This document shows positions 42,286 through 51,324 of a stretch of 64,000 bases of DNA, in pieces. Within the stretch, counting starts at the first letter, position 1. Each line of letters starts with the position of its first letter. Source of the DNA: Acidobacteriota bacterium (lineage in GTDB: Bacteria > Acidobacteriota > Vicinamibacteria > Vicinamibacterales > Fen-181); assembly GCA_003170135.1 (NCBI GenBank), contig PMZR01000084.1:36674-100673 (forward strand), in the 5' to 3' direction. A model generated the notes under the pieces. That model searched no databases. It saw only the letters and a list, made by a program, of their open reading frames with translations, and was not told the origin of the DNA. The translations under genes were made by a program, and so were the position numbers.

Positions 42286-44022
42286 TCACCTCTCGCGGCG
42301 TACGGTCTCCAGGATCTTCCTGGCGGTCAGGACGAGATCCTGCGCCGAAACGGGTTTGCCCAGGTAGCCCTCGGGCGGCGCCACCTCGCGCTCGTAGATC
42401 AGGCGACGAAGCTCGGGCCGGCCGGTGATGATGCACACGGCGGTGCCGGCAGACGCCGGGTCCTTGCGGATCGCCTCGAACACGTCACCGCCGTCGCGGC
42501 CCGGCATGGAGATGTCGAGCGTCACCAGATCGAACCGCTCCTGCCGCAGTCGCGCGATGGCCTCGTCGCCGCTTCCGGCCGTGACGGTATCCGCGCCCTG
42601 ATCGGCCAGCGCCGTGGTGAGATAAACGCGCGTATCCTCCTCGTCGTCCACGACCAGGATGCGGTATCCCGCAAGCGGCGCAGCCGGTTCGGCCGGCCCG
42701 ACGGCCGGCGCCTTCGGCTCGACGACCAGCGCCTGCGCGACGAGGTTCACGAGCTGCGTCACCTTCATGTCCAGCTTGTAGTGCTTGATGAGGTCGGTCA
42801 GGCCATCCACGCAATTGTGGCAGGAGGTCACGACGTATTTCGCCCCGGTCGCCGCCAGTTGGTCGGCCTTGACCTTCGCCGATTTCAGCCGGCGCGGCGC
42901 GTACTCGGACATCGACATCGCGCCGCCGCCGCCAGTGCAGCAGTAGTTCTCGGCGCGGTTCGGGTGCATCTCGCAAAAGTCGCCGGCGACGACCGCCCGC
43001 AGCAGCTGCCGCGGTTCCTCGTAGAGGCCGCAGCTTCTCGCGTTGTTGCAGGAATCGTGGAACGTGTAGGACGAGGCGTTCTTCGAAGGATCGACCTTGA
43101 TCCGCCCTTCGCGCAGGTAGCGCAGCATCGTCACGACCGAGCTCTCCATCTCGAACTCGATGTCCTCGCCGGCCCAGTTCGGTCCCTCGCAGCGCGTCGA
43201 ACGGTACCCGTGCCCGCACTCCGACATCACGAGCTTCCGCCCGCCCAATGTCCGTACCGCCTCGTACACGCGACCCGCGACGACGCCGCCCAGCGCATCG
43301 TCGCCCGAGAAGAGGCCGAAATTCGTCATGTCCCAGCCTTCGCTCGGCATCGTCCAACTCTCGCCGGCGGCATAGAAGATGCGCGCCGCGTCGCTGATCG
43401 TCCGCGGGTCGTACTTCACCTCGCGCGGGTTGATCGTATAGACGCTGTTGCAGTCGGGCCGATCGATCGGGATGCGTGCGGCGGGCGTGCCGAACTCCTC
43501 CTCGAGTTCGTCGGATAGCCACTCGAGCGTCTCGATGTAGTCCTCTTTCAGGACGCCCATCTGGTTGCCGATTTCCCACTGGTCCTTGCTGACCGCCGCC
43601 ACGCCCTCGGGCATGACGCCGACCGACACGAGCAGACCGCGCACCATCCGGTTGACGACCGCGAAGTCGACGCCCATCGGGCAGTTGATCGTGCAGCGGC
43701 GGCAGTTCGTGCACTTGCCGAACGCGATGTCCTTCAACTCCTCGAGATCGTCATCGGTCCAGACGCTGCCGGCCCCGACCCACCAGGGCAGGACGCGCCC
43801 CGTCCAGTCGACGTGGCGCTTGAAGATCTTCCGGATCCGATCGGCCTTGTAAGCCGGCGCATAGGTGGGGTCGTCCGGATTGGTCAGCGCGTAGTGACAG
43901 GCATCGGTGCAGAGGCCGCAGTGCACGCAGGCGACCAGCGAGCCGACGATCTGTCGCGTGAGTTTCTGCGGGAGCCGCTCGACGACCTTCGCCGCCTTGT
44001 GCGAACGTGTGTCCGGGGTCAT
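42286..44022 (-). CDS. HdrD/DsrK-like Fe-S CCG-domain oxidoreductase fused to a C-terminal response-regulator receiver domain
   Basis: 578 aa. CVHCGLCTDACH and CTNCRRCTINCP clusters. ECGHGYR, HDSCNNARSC, YCCTGGGG and SCHNCVDG motifs. Then a linker and REC: ILVVDDEED, LVTLDISMP, GYLGKPV. Confidence 0.8.
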   Translation of the reverse strand: MTPDTRSHKAAKVVERLPQKLTRQIVGSLVACVHCGLCTDACHYALTNPDDPTYAPAYKADRIRKIFKRHVDWTGRVLPWWVGAGSVWTDDDLEELKDIAFGKCTNCRRCTINCPMGVDFAVVNRMVRGLLVSVGVMPEGVAAVSKDQWEIGNQMGVLKEDYIETLEWLSDELEEEFGTPAARIPIDRPDCNSVYTINPREVKYDPRTISDAARIFYAAGESWTMPSEGWDMTNFGLFSGDDALGGVVAGRVYEAVRTLGGRKLVMSECGHGYRSTRCEGPNWAGEDIEFEMESSVVTMLRYLREGRIKVDPSKNASSYTFHDSCNNARSCGLYEEPRQLLRAVVAGDFCEMHPNRAENYCCTGGGGAMSMSEYAPRRLKSAKVKADQLAATGAKYVVTSCHNCVDGLTDLIKHYKLDMKVTQLVNLVAQALVVEPKAPAVGPAEPAAPLAGYRILVVDDEEDTRVYLTTALADQGADTVTAGSGDEAIARLRQERFDLVTLDISMPGRDGGDVFEAIRKDPASAGTAVCIITGRPELRRLIYEREVAPPEGYLGKPVSAQDLVLTARKILETVRRER

Positions 44023-44717
44023 ACTCGCCCTCCTCTGCCCTGCGCGCCAGCTCCCGTTTCAAGCGGGAACACGCCCCGGTAGCCCAGGGTGCGTCCCAGC
44101 CAGTAACGCGTGAACGGGTAGTAGAGGTAGTGCGAGATCTTGCTGAACGGCACGTAGATGAGAAAGAACGCGGTCAGGAAGAAGTAGGCAACCAGATGCA
44201 GCTCGCCGCCGGCGATGTTGCCCGGCGCCGCCAGCACGCCCGCCGCGAACCAGATCGTCAGCAGCGCCAGGGAGAAGAAATCGTCGGGCGAACTGATCCG
44301 CCGGACGACGGGATCGGTGATGCGGCGGACCATCCGCAGGACGCCGACCGCGACGCCGGCGCCGATCGTGATCTGCAAGAGCCTCACCAGCACGACCGAT
44401 CGCAGCAGCCCCGGACCGTACGGGATGATGAACGAGAGCGCGATGTTGGCGGTCACGGCCAGGTGGAACACCACGAACTGCGCGTAGAACCCGGGGCGCC
44501 TGCGCGTGCTCTCCAGCGTCCAGGGCATGGCAATCGCCGCCAGGGAATACGCGGCTCCCTTGGCGGCGTTGGTTCGGACGCCCGCCGTCGTCGGCTGCCG
44601 ATCCCGCCCGCGCTTGAAACTGAACAACCAGACGAGCCGCGCCACGTAGACACAGGCCATGATCGCCAGCGCCAGTTCCTGCAGGCGGTGCTCGGCGAGG
44701 TGGAGAAGGTCAGTCAT
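44019..44717 (-). CDS. NarI/DsrM-like membrane subunit (third copy)
   Basis: 232 aa from MTDLLHL, 5 TM. VPFSKISHYLYYP matches the DsrM PFSKLMH motif. ATGA overlap with the HdrD-REC gene. Confidence 0.65.
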   Translation of the reverse strand: MTDLLHLAEHRLQELALAIMACVYVARLVWLFSFKRGRDRQPTTAGVRTNAAKGAAYSLAAIAMPWTLESTRRRPGFYAQFVVFHLAVTANIALSFIIPYGPGLLRSVVLVRLLQITIGAGVAVGVLRMVRRITDPVVRRISSPDDFFSLALLTIWFAAGVLAAPGNIAGGELHLVAYFFLTAFFLIYVPFSKISHYLYYPFTRYWLGRTLGYRGVFPLETGAGAQGRGGRV

Positions 44718-44875
44718 AGGTCCAAGGTCCGATCGTGACGGTCCACGGTTCATAGTCAACAGTTGACCGTTCAATTCAGACAGCCGTTGCGCCGGCGTAG
44801 CGGTCAACTGTCGAGTGTCAACTATCGAACGGTCGGAACATCCGACGTCCGACCGTTCACCGTTGACCGGTCAGT
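44718..44875. repeat. Degenerate inverted heptanucleotide arrays (GTTGACC-type followed by GGTCAAC-type)
   Basis: aggtcca aggtccg ... cggtcca cggttca tagtcaa cagttga ccgttca, then ggtcaac tgtcgag tgtcaac tatcgaa cggtcgg ... gaccgtt caccgtt gaccggt. Confidence 0.75.
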
Positions 44876-45462
44876 TCGCGGGTGAACGGCGCGACCTCGT
44901 GCGTGTCGCGCACGCAGATCGTGAGCTCCCGCAGCGGGCTGCCCGCTGACAGGTGGCGCCGCAGTTGCGCCATGGTCACGCGCGCGCAGACTTCGAGGCC
45001 GACCCCGTAGAAGCCGACGCCCAGCGCCGGCAGCGCCACCCGCGTCAGGCCGTGTTCGTCTGCGGCGCGCAGCACGGTTTGCACCGCGTCGGCCAGCCTG
45101 CGTTCCAGATCCGCTTCCTGGAAGCGCGGGCCGACCACATGGATGATGTGTTTCGCCTTCAGCTTGCCACCCGTCGTCACGACCGCCTGGCCGGCGGCGA
45201 GCGGCGCCAGCGTCTTCAGTTCCGCCTGGATCGTCGGACCGCCCCGCACGGCGATCGCAGTGCCGACGCCGGCACCGAGGACCAGGTCGGGACGAGCGTC
45301 GAAGACGAACGCATCGACGTCGAGCATCGTGATGTCGTCTTTCACGATTCGGACCGCGCAGGTCTCGATGGTCGTTTCGATCACGTCTGTGTCCGTGTGG
45401 GAGACGAAGGTCCGGGAGGACCGCGGATGGCCGCACCGCGTGGCGCGACCCTGGGGCGACAT
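44857..45462 (-). CDS. Macro-domain (ADP-ribose-binding/deacetylase-like) protein
   Basis: IVKDDITMLDVDAFVFDA, GGPTIQAE and TTGGKLKAKHIIHVVGP motifs. Start is ATG 45462 or GTG 45384. Confidence 0.7.
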   Translation of the reverse strand: MSPQGRATRCGHPRSSRTFVSHTDTDVIETTIETCAVRIVKDDITMLDVDAFVFDARPDLVLGAGVGTAIAVRGGPTIQAELKTLAPLAAGQAVVTTGGKLKAKHIIHVVGPRFQEADLERRLADAVQTVLRAADEHGLTRVALPALGVGFYGVGLEVCARVTMAQLRRHLSAGSPLRELTICVRDTHEVAPFTRELTGQR

Positions 45463-45801
45463 GATTTTACTATGGCTGGGGGAATTTGCGGCGGCGGGGG
45501 CGACGAAACGGCCGAGGTCGCCCGGGTCGCTGTTGCACCTTTCGGCGTCAGGCGATTTCGATCGCCCGCTGTGCCGCACAATTCGACAACACCCGAGCGC
45601 ACGCGTCCGTGCACGCCCTCCGCGCACCCTCTGCACGCTTGACAGGAATCCGCCGGCCTCGTACCCTGCAGTGAGCGTCGCGCCCCTCCGGGTGCCGACC
45701 CGCACAAGAATCGCCTGTCGCCGAGGGCAGGCGAGCGCGGATCGGGGTCCTCACCGGCAGTTCCCCCCACGATTGGCGTCTTTGCGCGGAAGGCGGCCGG
45801 A

Positions 45802-45821
45802 CTTGTGAATTTTTTCACAAG
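45802..45821. promoter_or_regulatory. CRP/FNR-type palindrome CTTGTGA-ATTTTT-TCACAAG
   Basis: Perfect 7-bp arms with TGTGA-N6-TCACA core. 24 nt upstream of the hypA GTG. Confidence 0.5.
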
Positions 45822-45844
45822 TAGGCGTCTCCCGGCGGAAGGCC

Positions 45845-46183
45845 GTGCACGAACTGAGCATCGCCCAGTCGCTCGTCGAATCGGTTCGCACCGAGGCGAC
45901 CGCCCATCCCGGCGCCCGCGTCGTGCGGATCGGCCTGCGCGTCGGTGATCTGTCGGGCGTCGAACCCGACGCGCTGAAATTCTCCTTCGACGTCATCGTG
46001 CGGGGTACCGATCTCGGGCAGGCCACGCTCGACGTCGAGCGCGTGCCCCTGCGCCAGCGCTGCGAGCGCTGCGCGCGTGACTTCCCGGTGGTCGAGTACG
46101 CCTTGTTGTGCCCGGACTGCGGCGCGCCCACCCGGACGGTCGGCGGCGACGAGCTGCAGATGACATATCTGGAACTGGAGTAA
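45845..46183 (+). CDS. hypA: Hydrogenase nickel-insertion protein HypA
   Basis: 112 aa with (M)HELSIAQSLV start. Zn site CERC...CPDCG. Confidence 0.9.
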   Translation: MHELSIAQSLVESVRTEATAHPGARVVRIGLRVGDLSGVEPDALKFSFDVIVRGTDLGQATLDVERVPLRQRCERCARDFPVVEYALLCPDCGAPTRTVGGDELQMTYLELE

Positions 46184-46185
46184 CG

Positions 46186-46863
46186 ATGGAACGGGTGGAG
46201 CTGCAGCAGAGCGTGTTGAAGGAGAACGACCGCATCGCGGCCGAGCTGCGCGCGGAATTCGGCCGGCGCGGCATCGTCTGCCTGAACGTGATCGCCTCGC
46301 CGGGCGCCGGCAAGACGAGCGTGCTCGAACACACGCTGCAGGCCTTCGTCGGCGGCCGCCACAAGGTCGCCGTGCTCACCGGCGACATTCAGACCGAGCG
46401 CGACGCCGCCCGCCTGGCGCGGTTCGGCTTCCCCGCTCGGCAGATCACCACGGGCGGGATCTGCCACCTGGATGCCGCGATGGTGAAGCGCGCGCTGGCC
46501 GACGTGTCGCTCGACGGCGTGGACCTGCTGTTCATCGAGAACGTCGGCAACCTGGTGTGCCCGGCCGCCTACGATCTGGGCGAGGTCGCCAAGGTCGTGA
46601 TCCTGAGCGTCGCCGAGGGTGACGACAAGCCGCTGAAGTACCCGTCGATCTTCAGCCGCGCGAAGTTGATGTTGCTGCACAAGGTCGACCTGCTGCCCTA
46701 TACGCGGTTCGACCTCGCCGCGGCGAAAGCGGATGCCAGACGCGTGAACCCGGCGATCGAGATCATCGAGACGAGCTGTGTCGGCGCCCCGGGACTCCAC
46801 GGATGGCTCGAGTGGGTTGAACGGGCCACGGGCCGCGGCAGCGTCGCTCGCACGACCGTCTGA
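46186..46863 (+). CDS. hypB: Hydrogenase nickel-insertion GTPase HypB
   Basis: 225 aa. SPGAGKTS P-loop, CHLDA and ENVGNLVCP motifs. Confidence 0.9.
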   Translation: MERVELQQSVLKENDRIAAELRAEFGRRGIVCLNVIASPGAGKTSVLEHTLQAFVGGRHKVAVLTGDIQTERDAARLARFGFPARQITTGGICHLDAAMVKRALADVSLDGVDLLFIENVGNLVCPAAYDLGEVAKVVILSVAEGDDKPLKYPSIFSRAKLMLLHKVDLLPYTRFDLAAAKADARRVNPAIEIIETSCVGAPGLHGWLEWVERATGRGSVARTTV

Positions 46864-46900
46864 CCGCGTTGCATCGAACACGACTATGAGATGGCCGATT

Positions 46901-46921
46901 CCCCGGGGCCGCGCCTCGGGG
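46901..46921 (+). terminator. Candidate GC-rich hairpin after hypB
   Basis: ccccggggc-cgc-gcctcgggg (9-bp stem with one G-U pair). No U-tract follows, so it is weak. Confidence 0.2.
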
Positions 46922-47033
46922 CTTCATCGTCCGCGTTTCCTTCCCGCCGACGCACACCCGACGCGCGCCGGCACCCTCCCGTTATCCACCGACAGCAGCA
47001 GCCGCCGAGTCCGAGCGATCACGGAGTGCCCGT

Positions 47034-47501
47034 ATGCCTGAAGCGCCAGCGGCCCCGACGCCATTCGAACCGCGAATCGTCGCCTTCTTCTGTAACTGGT
47101 GCACCTACACCGCCGCCGACCTGGCCGGCATCTCGCGGATGAAGTATGCGCCGAACGTGCGCGTCATCCGGGTGATGTGCTCCGGGCGCGTCGACCCGCA
47201 GTTCGTCCTCGATGCGTTTGCCAGGGGCGCCGACGGTGTTCTCATCGGCGGCTGTCACCCCGGCGACTGCCATTACCAGAACGGCAACTACAAGGCGCTG
47301 CGCCGCATGCGCCTGCTGCGCCGCATGCTCCAGCAGATGGGCGTCGAGGAGGCGCGGTTCCGCCTGGAGTGGATCTCGGCGTCGGAGGGCGACAAGGTGC
47401 GGACGGTCATCAACGAGATGGTCGACCAGGTGCGCGCGCTCGGGCCGCTGCGGCTCGCCGCGCCGCCCGAGACGTTCGGAGAGGAGGTGGCAGCCATATG
47501 A
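47034..47501 (+). CDS. mvhD: MvhD (methyl-viologen-reducing hydrogenase delta subunit, [2Fe-2S])
   Basis: 155 aa. IVAFFCNWCTY, RVMCSGRVD and IGGCHPGDCHY motifs. Confidence 0.88.
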   Translation: MPEAPAAPTPFEPRIVAFFCNWCTYTAADLAGISRMKYAPNVRVIRVMCSGRVDPQFVLDAFARGADGVLIGGCHPGDCHYQNGNYKALRRMRLLRRMLQQMGVEEARFRLEWISASEGDKVRTVINEMVDQVRALGPLRLAAPPETFGEEVAAI

Positions 47502-48499
47502 CGGCAACCCCGGGCGCAGCGGCCGAGCGGCCGAAAGTCGCGTTCTACTGGTGCGCCTCCTGTGGCGGCTGCGAGGAAACGGTCGTCGATCTGCACGAGG
47601 CGATCCTCGACGTGGTCGCGGCGGTGGACATTGTCTTCTGGCCGGTGGCCCTCGACTTCAAGCGCCGGGACGTCGAGGCGCTGCCCGACGGAGCCGTCGC
47701 GGTCACCTTTCTCAACGGCGCCATTCGCACGACCGAGCACGAGGAGATGGCGCACCTGCTGCGGCGCAAGTCGCAGCTGCTCGTGGCGTTCGGTGCGTGC
47801 GCGCAGATGGGCGGCATCCCCGGGCTGGCGAACCTGTGGACGCGCGAGGCGATCTTCGACACGGTGTACGCACACACGCCGAGCACGGAGAACCCGCAGC
47901 ACGTCGCGCCGCAGCGCAGCTGCCATGAGGACGGCCGCACCGTGTCGCTCCCGGGCTTCTTCGACACCGTTCGATCGCTCGAGCAGATCGTCAGCGTCGA
48001 TTACACGATCCCCGGGTGTCCGCCCACGCCGCAGCTGCTGGCGGACGCCGTGCACGCCGTGCTGTCGGGCACGCTGCCGCCCAGGGGCAGCGTCCTGGCG
48101 CCCGATCGGGCGATGTGCGACACCTGCCCGCGCAGGGACACCCGCCCGGCCGAGATGCTCGTCGGCGAGTTTCATCGGCCCCACGAGATCCTCATCGACG
48201 AGGACAAGTGCCTGCTCGCGCAGGGCCTGTTGTGCATGGGGCCGGCCACCCGCGGTGGCTGCGACTCGCGCTGCATCAAGGGCAACATGCCCTGCACCGG
48301 CTGCTTCGGGCCGACCAGCCGCGTGCGTGACTTCGGGGCGAAGGCGTCGTCGGCGATCGCCTCGGTGCTCGACGCGACGGCGGAGCCCGAGATCGATCGC
48401 CAGCTGGACGCGCTCGCCGACCCGATGGGGACGTTCTATCGCTACAGCCTGCCGGCATCGCTCATCGCGCGGAAGCGAATGGCCGGCCAGGGCAAGTAA
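47498..48499 (+). CDS. mvhG: [NiFe] hydrogenase small subunit, group 3c (MvhG-type)
   Basis: 333 aa with ATGA overlap with mvhD. WCASCGGCEE, GCPP and distal-cluster Cys (CMGPATRGGC, CTGCFGP). Confidence 0.85.
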   Translation: MTATPGAAAERPKVAFYWCASCGGCEETVVDLHEAILDVVAAVDIVFWPVALDFKRRDVEALPDGAVAVTFLNGAIRTTEHEEMAHLLRRKSQLLVAFGACAQMGGIPGLANLWTREAIFDTVYAHTPSTENPQHVAPQRSCHEDGRTVSLPGFFDTVRSLEQIVSVDYTIPGCPPTPQLLADAVHAVLSGTLPPRGSVLAPDRAMCDTCPRRDTRPAEMLVGEFHRPHEILIDEDKCLLAQGLLCMGPATRGGCDSRCIKGNMPCTGCFGPTSRVRDFGAKASSAIASVLDATAEPEIDRQLDALADPMGTFYRYSLPASLIARKRMAGQGK

Positions 48500-48523
48500 G
48501 GCGCGTCGCGAACAGGGAAACGT

Positions 48524-50047
48524 ATGACACAGGAACAGCAGACGCCCGGCGTGCAGGCCCCGCGACGGCGGATCACCATCGATCCGATCACACGCCTCGA
48601 GGGGCACGGCCGGATCGAAATCTTCCTCGACGAGGGCGGCCACGTCGAGCGCGCCTACTTCCAGGTCCCGGAACTGCGCGGGTTCGAGCAGTTCGCGGTC
48701 GGCCGGCAGGCCGAGGACATGCCGCAGATCACCTCCCGCATCTGCGGCGTCTGCCCGATGGCGCACCACATGGCGGCGACCAAGGCGCTCGACGCGCTCT
48801 ATCACGTCCAGCCGCCGCCGGCGGCCCGCAAGATCCGCGAGCTCGTCTACAGCACGTTCATGGCCGAGGACCACGCCCTGCACTTCTATTTCCTGGGCGG
48901 GCCGGACTTCGTCGTCGGCCCGCAGGCGCCGGCGGCCGAGCGCAACATCCTCGGCGTCATCGGCAAGGTCGGCGTCGAGGTCGGCCGCCAGGTGATCGGC
49001 ATGCGGCGAAAGCTGCGCGACCTGATGGCCGCCGTCGCCGGCAAGGCGATCCACCCGGTGTTCGGCCTGCCCGGCGGCGTGGCGAAGCGGGTCACGGCGG
49101 ACGATCAGCGGCAATTCCAGGCCGTGGCCGCGGACGCCGTCGAGTTCGCCCGTTTCACGCTCGACGTGTTCAAGCGCGTCGTGCTCGCCAACAGCGGCTA
49201 CGTGGATCTGATTCGCTCCGAGGCGTTCACCCACCGCACGCACTACATGGGGATGGTGGACGCGGGCAACCATGTGAACTTCTACGACGGCGCGGTCCGC
49301 GTCGTCGCGCCCGACGGCCGCGAGTCGGCGAAGTTCCTCCCGGCGCACTACCTCGACTACATCGCCGAGCACGTCGAGCCGTGGAGCTACGTGAAGTTCT
49401 GCTACCTGAAGCCGGTGGGCTGGAAGGGATTCGTCGACGGCGCGGCGAGCGGCGTGTACTGCGTCGCGCCCCTCGCCCGCCTGAACGCCTCTGCGGGCTT
49501 CGCGACGAGGCTCGCGCAGGAGGCCTGCGACGAGTACTTCGCGACGCTGGGCGGCCGGCCGGTGCACCACACGCTGGCGAACCACTGGGCGCGGGTCATC
49601 GAGCTGCTCTATGCGGCCGAGCGCATGCAGGAGCTCGCGGCAGACCCGGACATCGTTGCGCCCACCGTGCGCACGCTGCCGACCGAGACGCCCACCGAAG
49701 GCGTCGGCATCGTCGAAGCGCCGCGGGGCACGCTCATCCATCACTACCGCACCGACGCGCGCGGCCTCATCACGAGCGCGAACCTGATCGTCGCGACGCA
49801 GAACAATTCCGCGCGCATGGCGATGGGCGTCGAGAAGGCGGCGAAGAGCCTGATCTCGGGCCCCGACGTGCCGGAAGGCGTGCTGAACATGGTGGAGATG
49901 GCGTTCCGCGCCTACGACCCCTGCCACGGCTGCGCGACGCACTCGCTGCCCGGCAGCATGCCCCTGATGCTTTGCGTGCACGACGCGCGCGGCGACGTCG
50001 TGTCGTCGTTGCGCCGGGGCGTGGACGGAAAGATCGAACGGTCGTGA
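48524..50047 (+). CDS. mvhA: [NiFe] hydrogenase large subunit, group 3c (MvhA-type)
   Basis: 507 aa. RLEGHG, RICGVCPMAHH and C-terminal DPCHGCATH, followed by a 34-aa extension that would be removed by the protease. Confidence 0.9.
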   Translation: MTQEQQTPGVQAPRRRITIDPITRLEGHGRIEIFLDEGGHVERAYFQVPELRGFEQFAVGRQAEDMPQITSRICGVCPMAHHMAATKALDALYHVQPPPAARKIRELVYSTFMAEDHALHFYFLGGPDFVVGPQAPAAERNILGVIGKVGVEVGRQVIGMRRKLRDLMAAVAGKAIHPVFGLPGGVAKRVTADDQRQFQAVAADAVEFARFTLDVFKRVVLANSGYVDLIRSEAFTHRTHYMGMVDAGNHVNFYDGAVRVVAPDGRESAKFLPAHYLDYIAEHVEPWSYVKFCYLKPVGWKGFVDGAASGVYCVAPLARLNASAGFATRLAQEACDEYFATLGGRPVHHTLANHWARVIELLYAAERMQELAADPDIVAPTVRTLPTETPTEGVGIVEAPRGTLIHHYRTDARGLITSANLIVATQNNSARMAMGVEKAAKSLISGPDVPEGVLNMVEMAFRAYDPCHGCATHSLPGSMPLMLCVHDARGDVVSSLRRGVDGKIERS

Positions 50048-50077
50048 TCGACCGAGAGTGGGAGCCATCGAGGACGC

Positions 50078-50150
50078 GAGCAGGACTGAAGTCCTGCTCC
50101 ACGATCTGGTGGCACAGGGTGATCTCGTGGCACAGGGCTTCAGCCCTGTG
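50078..50150. repeat. Two REP-like hairpins (TGAA and TTCA loops)
   Basis: gagcaggac-tgaa-gtcctgctc (50078-50099, perfect 9 bp) and cacagggc-ttca-gccctgtg (50131-50150, perfect 8 bp). Confidence 0.9.
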
Positions 50151-50156
50151 AAGACA

Positions 50157-50639
50157 ATGGGCAGAGACTTGGAACCAACGATTCGCGTGCTCGGCCTGGG
50201 CAACGACCTGCTCGCCGACGACGCCTTCGGGATGGAGATCGTGCGCGAGCTCGGCGCGCATCTGCCGCCCGGAGTCCAGACGGCATCGAGCATCGCGAGT
50301 GGCTTCGGGCTGCTCGACGACCTGCTCGACGCCGATCGGCTGATCGTCGTCGACACGATCTCGAGCGGGCAAGCGGCGCCAGGAACCGTGCACCGGTTCG
50401 AGGAAGGCGAGGTGACCGCCGCGGGCGGGACCTCACCGCACTATGTCGGCCTGTTCGAAACCCTGCGCCTGGGCCGGGCGCTCGGCCTCCACGTGCCCGG
50501 GTGCGTGGTGATCCTGGCCGTCGAAGCCGGCGATTGCCTGACGATCGGGGGCGCGATGGGCCGCGAAATGCGGGCGGCGATGCCGGTCGTGGTGCGGATG
50601 GTCGACGCGACGGTGGCGGGATGGATAGCTGGTCCCTAG
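50157..50639 (+). CDS. Hydrogenase maturation endopeptidase (HycI/FrhD/HoxW family)
   Basis: 160 aa. VLGLGNDLLADDAFG and DTISSG...PGTV motifs. Follows the large subunit. Confidence 0.8.
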   Translation: MGRDLEPTIRVLGLGNDLLADDAFGMEIVRELGAHLPPGVQTASSIASGFGLLDDLLDADRLIVVDTISSGQAAPGTVHRFEEGEVTAAGGTSPHYVGLFETLRLGRALGLHVPGCVVILAVEAGDCLTIGGAMGREMRAAMPVVVRMVDATVAGWIAGP

Positions 50640-50716
50640 TCCCTGGTCCCTGGTCCCTGGTCCCTGGTCCTTGGTCCCTGGTGCGTGGTGCGTGAGTGCG
50701 TCAGTGCGTGAGTGCG
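50631..50716. repeat. Tandem heptanucleotide array, GGTCCCT x7 grading into GGTGCGT/GAGTGCG x4-5
   Basis: Begins in the last two codons of the protease gene: ggtccct agtccct ggtccct ggtccct ggtccct ggtcctt ggtccct ggtgcgt ggtgcgt gagtgcg .... Confidence 0.95.
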
Positions 50717-50718
50717 AT

Positions 50719-51273
50719 ATGGAACATCAAATCCGCTATCAGCGCGAGTGTGACCCCGCCTGGACACGGCAGATTCTGTCCCGCCCGGGCTGTGAACGTC
50801 TCATGTCCTGCATCCAGTGCGGCACCTGCTCCGGCACGTGCCCGCTGTCGCTGTACATGGATTTCACGCCGCGTCGTGTCGTCCAGCTGGTGCGCGAGGG
50901 GTTCCGCGACGATGCCTTGAAGTCGCAGACCATCTGGTTGTGCGCGTCCTGCTACGCGTGCGGGGCGCATTGCCCGCAGGACATTCACATCACCGACATC
51001 ATGTACACGCTCAAGCGCCAGGCGATCCGCGAGGGCTCGTTCCCGAAGCGATTCCCGATCCCGGTGCTTGCGCAGGAGTTCTACAAGATGGTGCGGCGGC
51101 GGGGACGCAGCTCGGAGTTCTGGGTCGTGCTGCGGCTCATGCTGCGGACCAACCCGCTCGGCCTGTTCTCGATGACGCGCGCCGGCCTGGCGCTGATGCG
51201 CACCGGTCGCTTGTCGCTGCGTCGGGAACGCATCGAACACATCGACGAGCTGCAGCGGGCGCTGCCGGACTGA
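50719..51273 (+). CDS. hdrC: Heterodisulfide reductase subunit C
   Basis: 184 aa. CIQCGTCSGTCP and CASCYACGAHCP clusters. Confidence 0.85.
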   Translation: MEHQIRYQRECDPAWTRQILSRPGCERLMSCIQCGTCSGTCPLSLYMDFTPRRVVQLVREGFRDDALKSQTIWLCASCYACGAHCPQDIHITDIMYTLKRQAIREGSFPKRFPIPVLAQEFYKMVRRRGRSSEFWVVLRLMLRTNPLGLFSMTRAGLALMRTGRLSLRRERIEHIDELQRALPD

Positions 51274-51324
51274 CCCCACCGGGCCGCGGCCGGCCGTGGC
51301 CCGCGTCGCAGGAGATTGACATCC

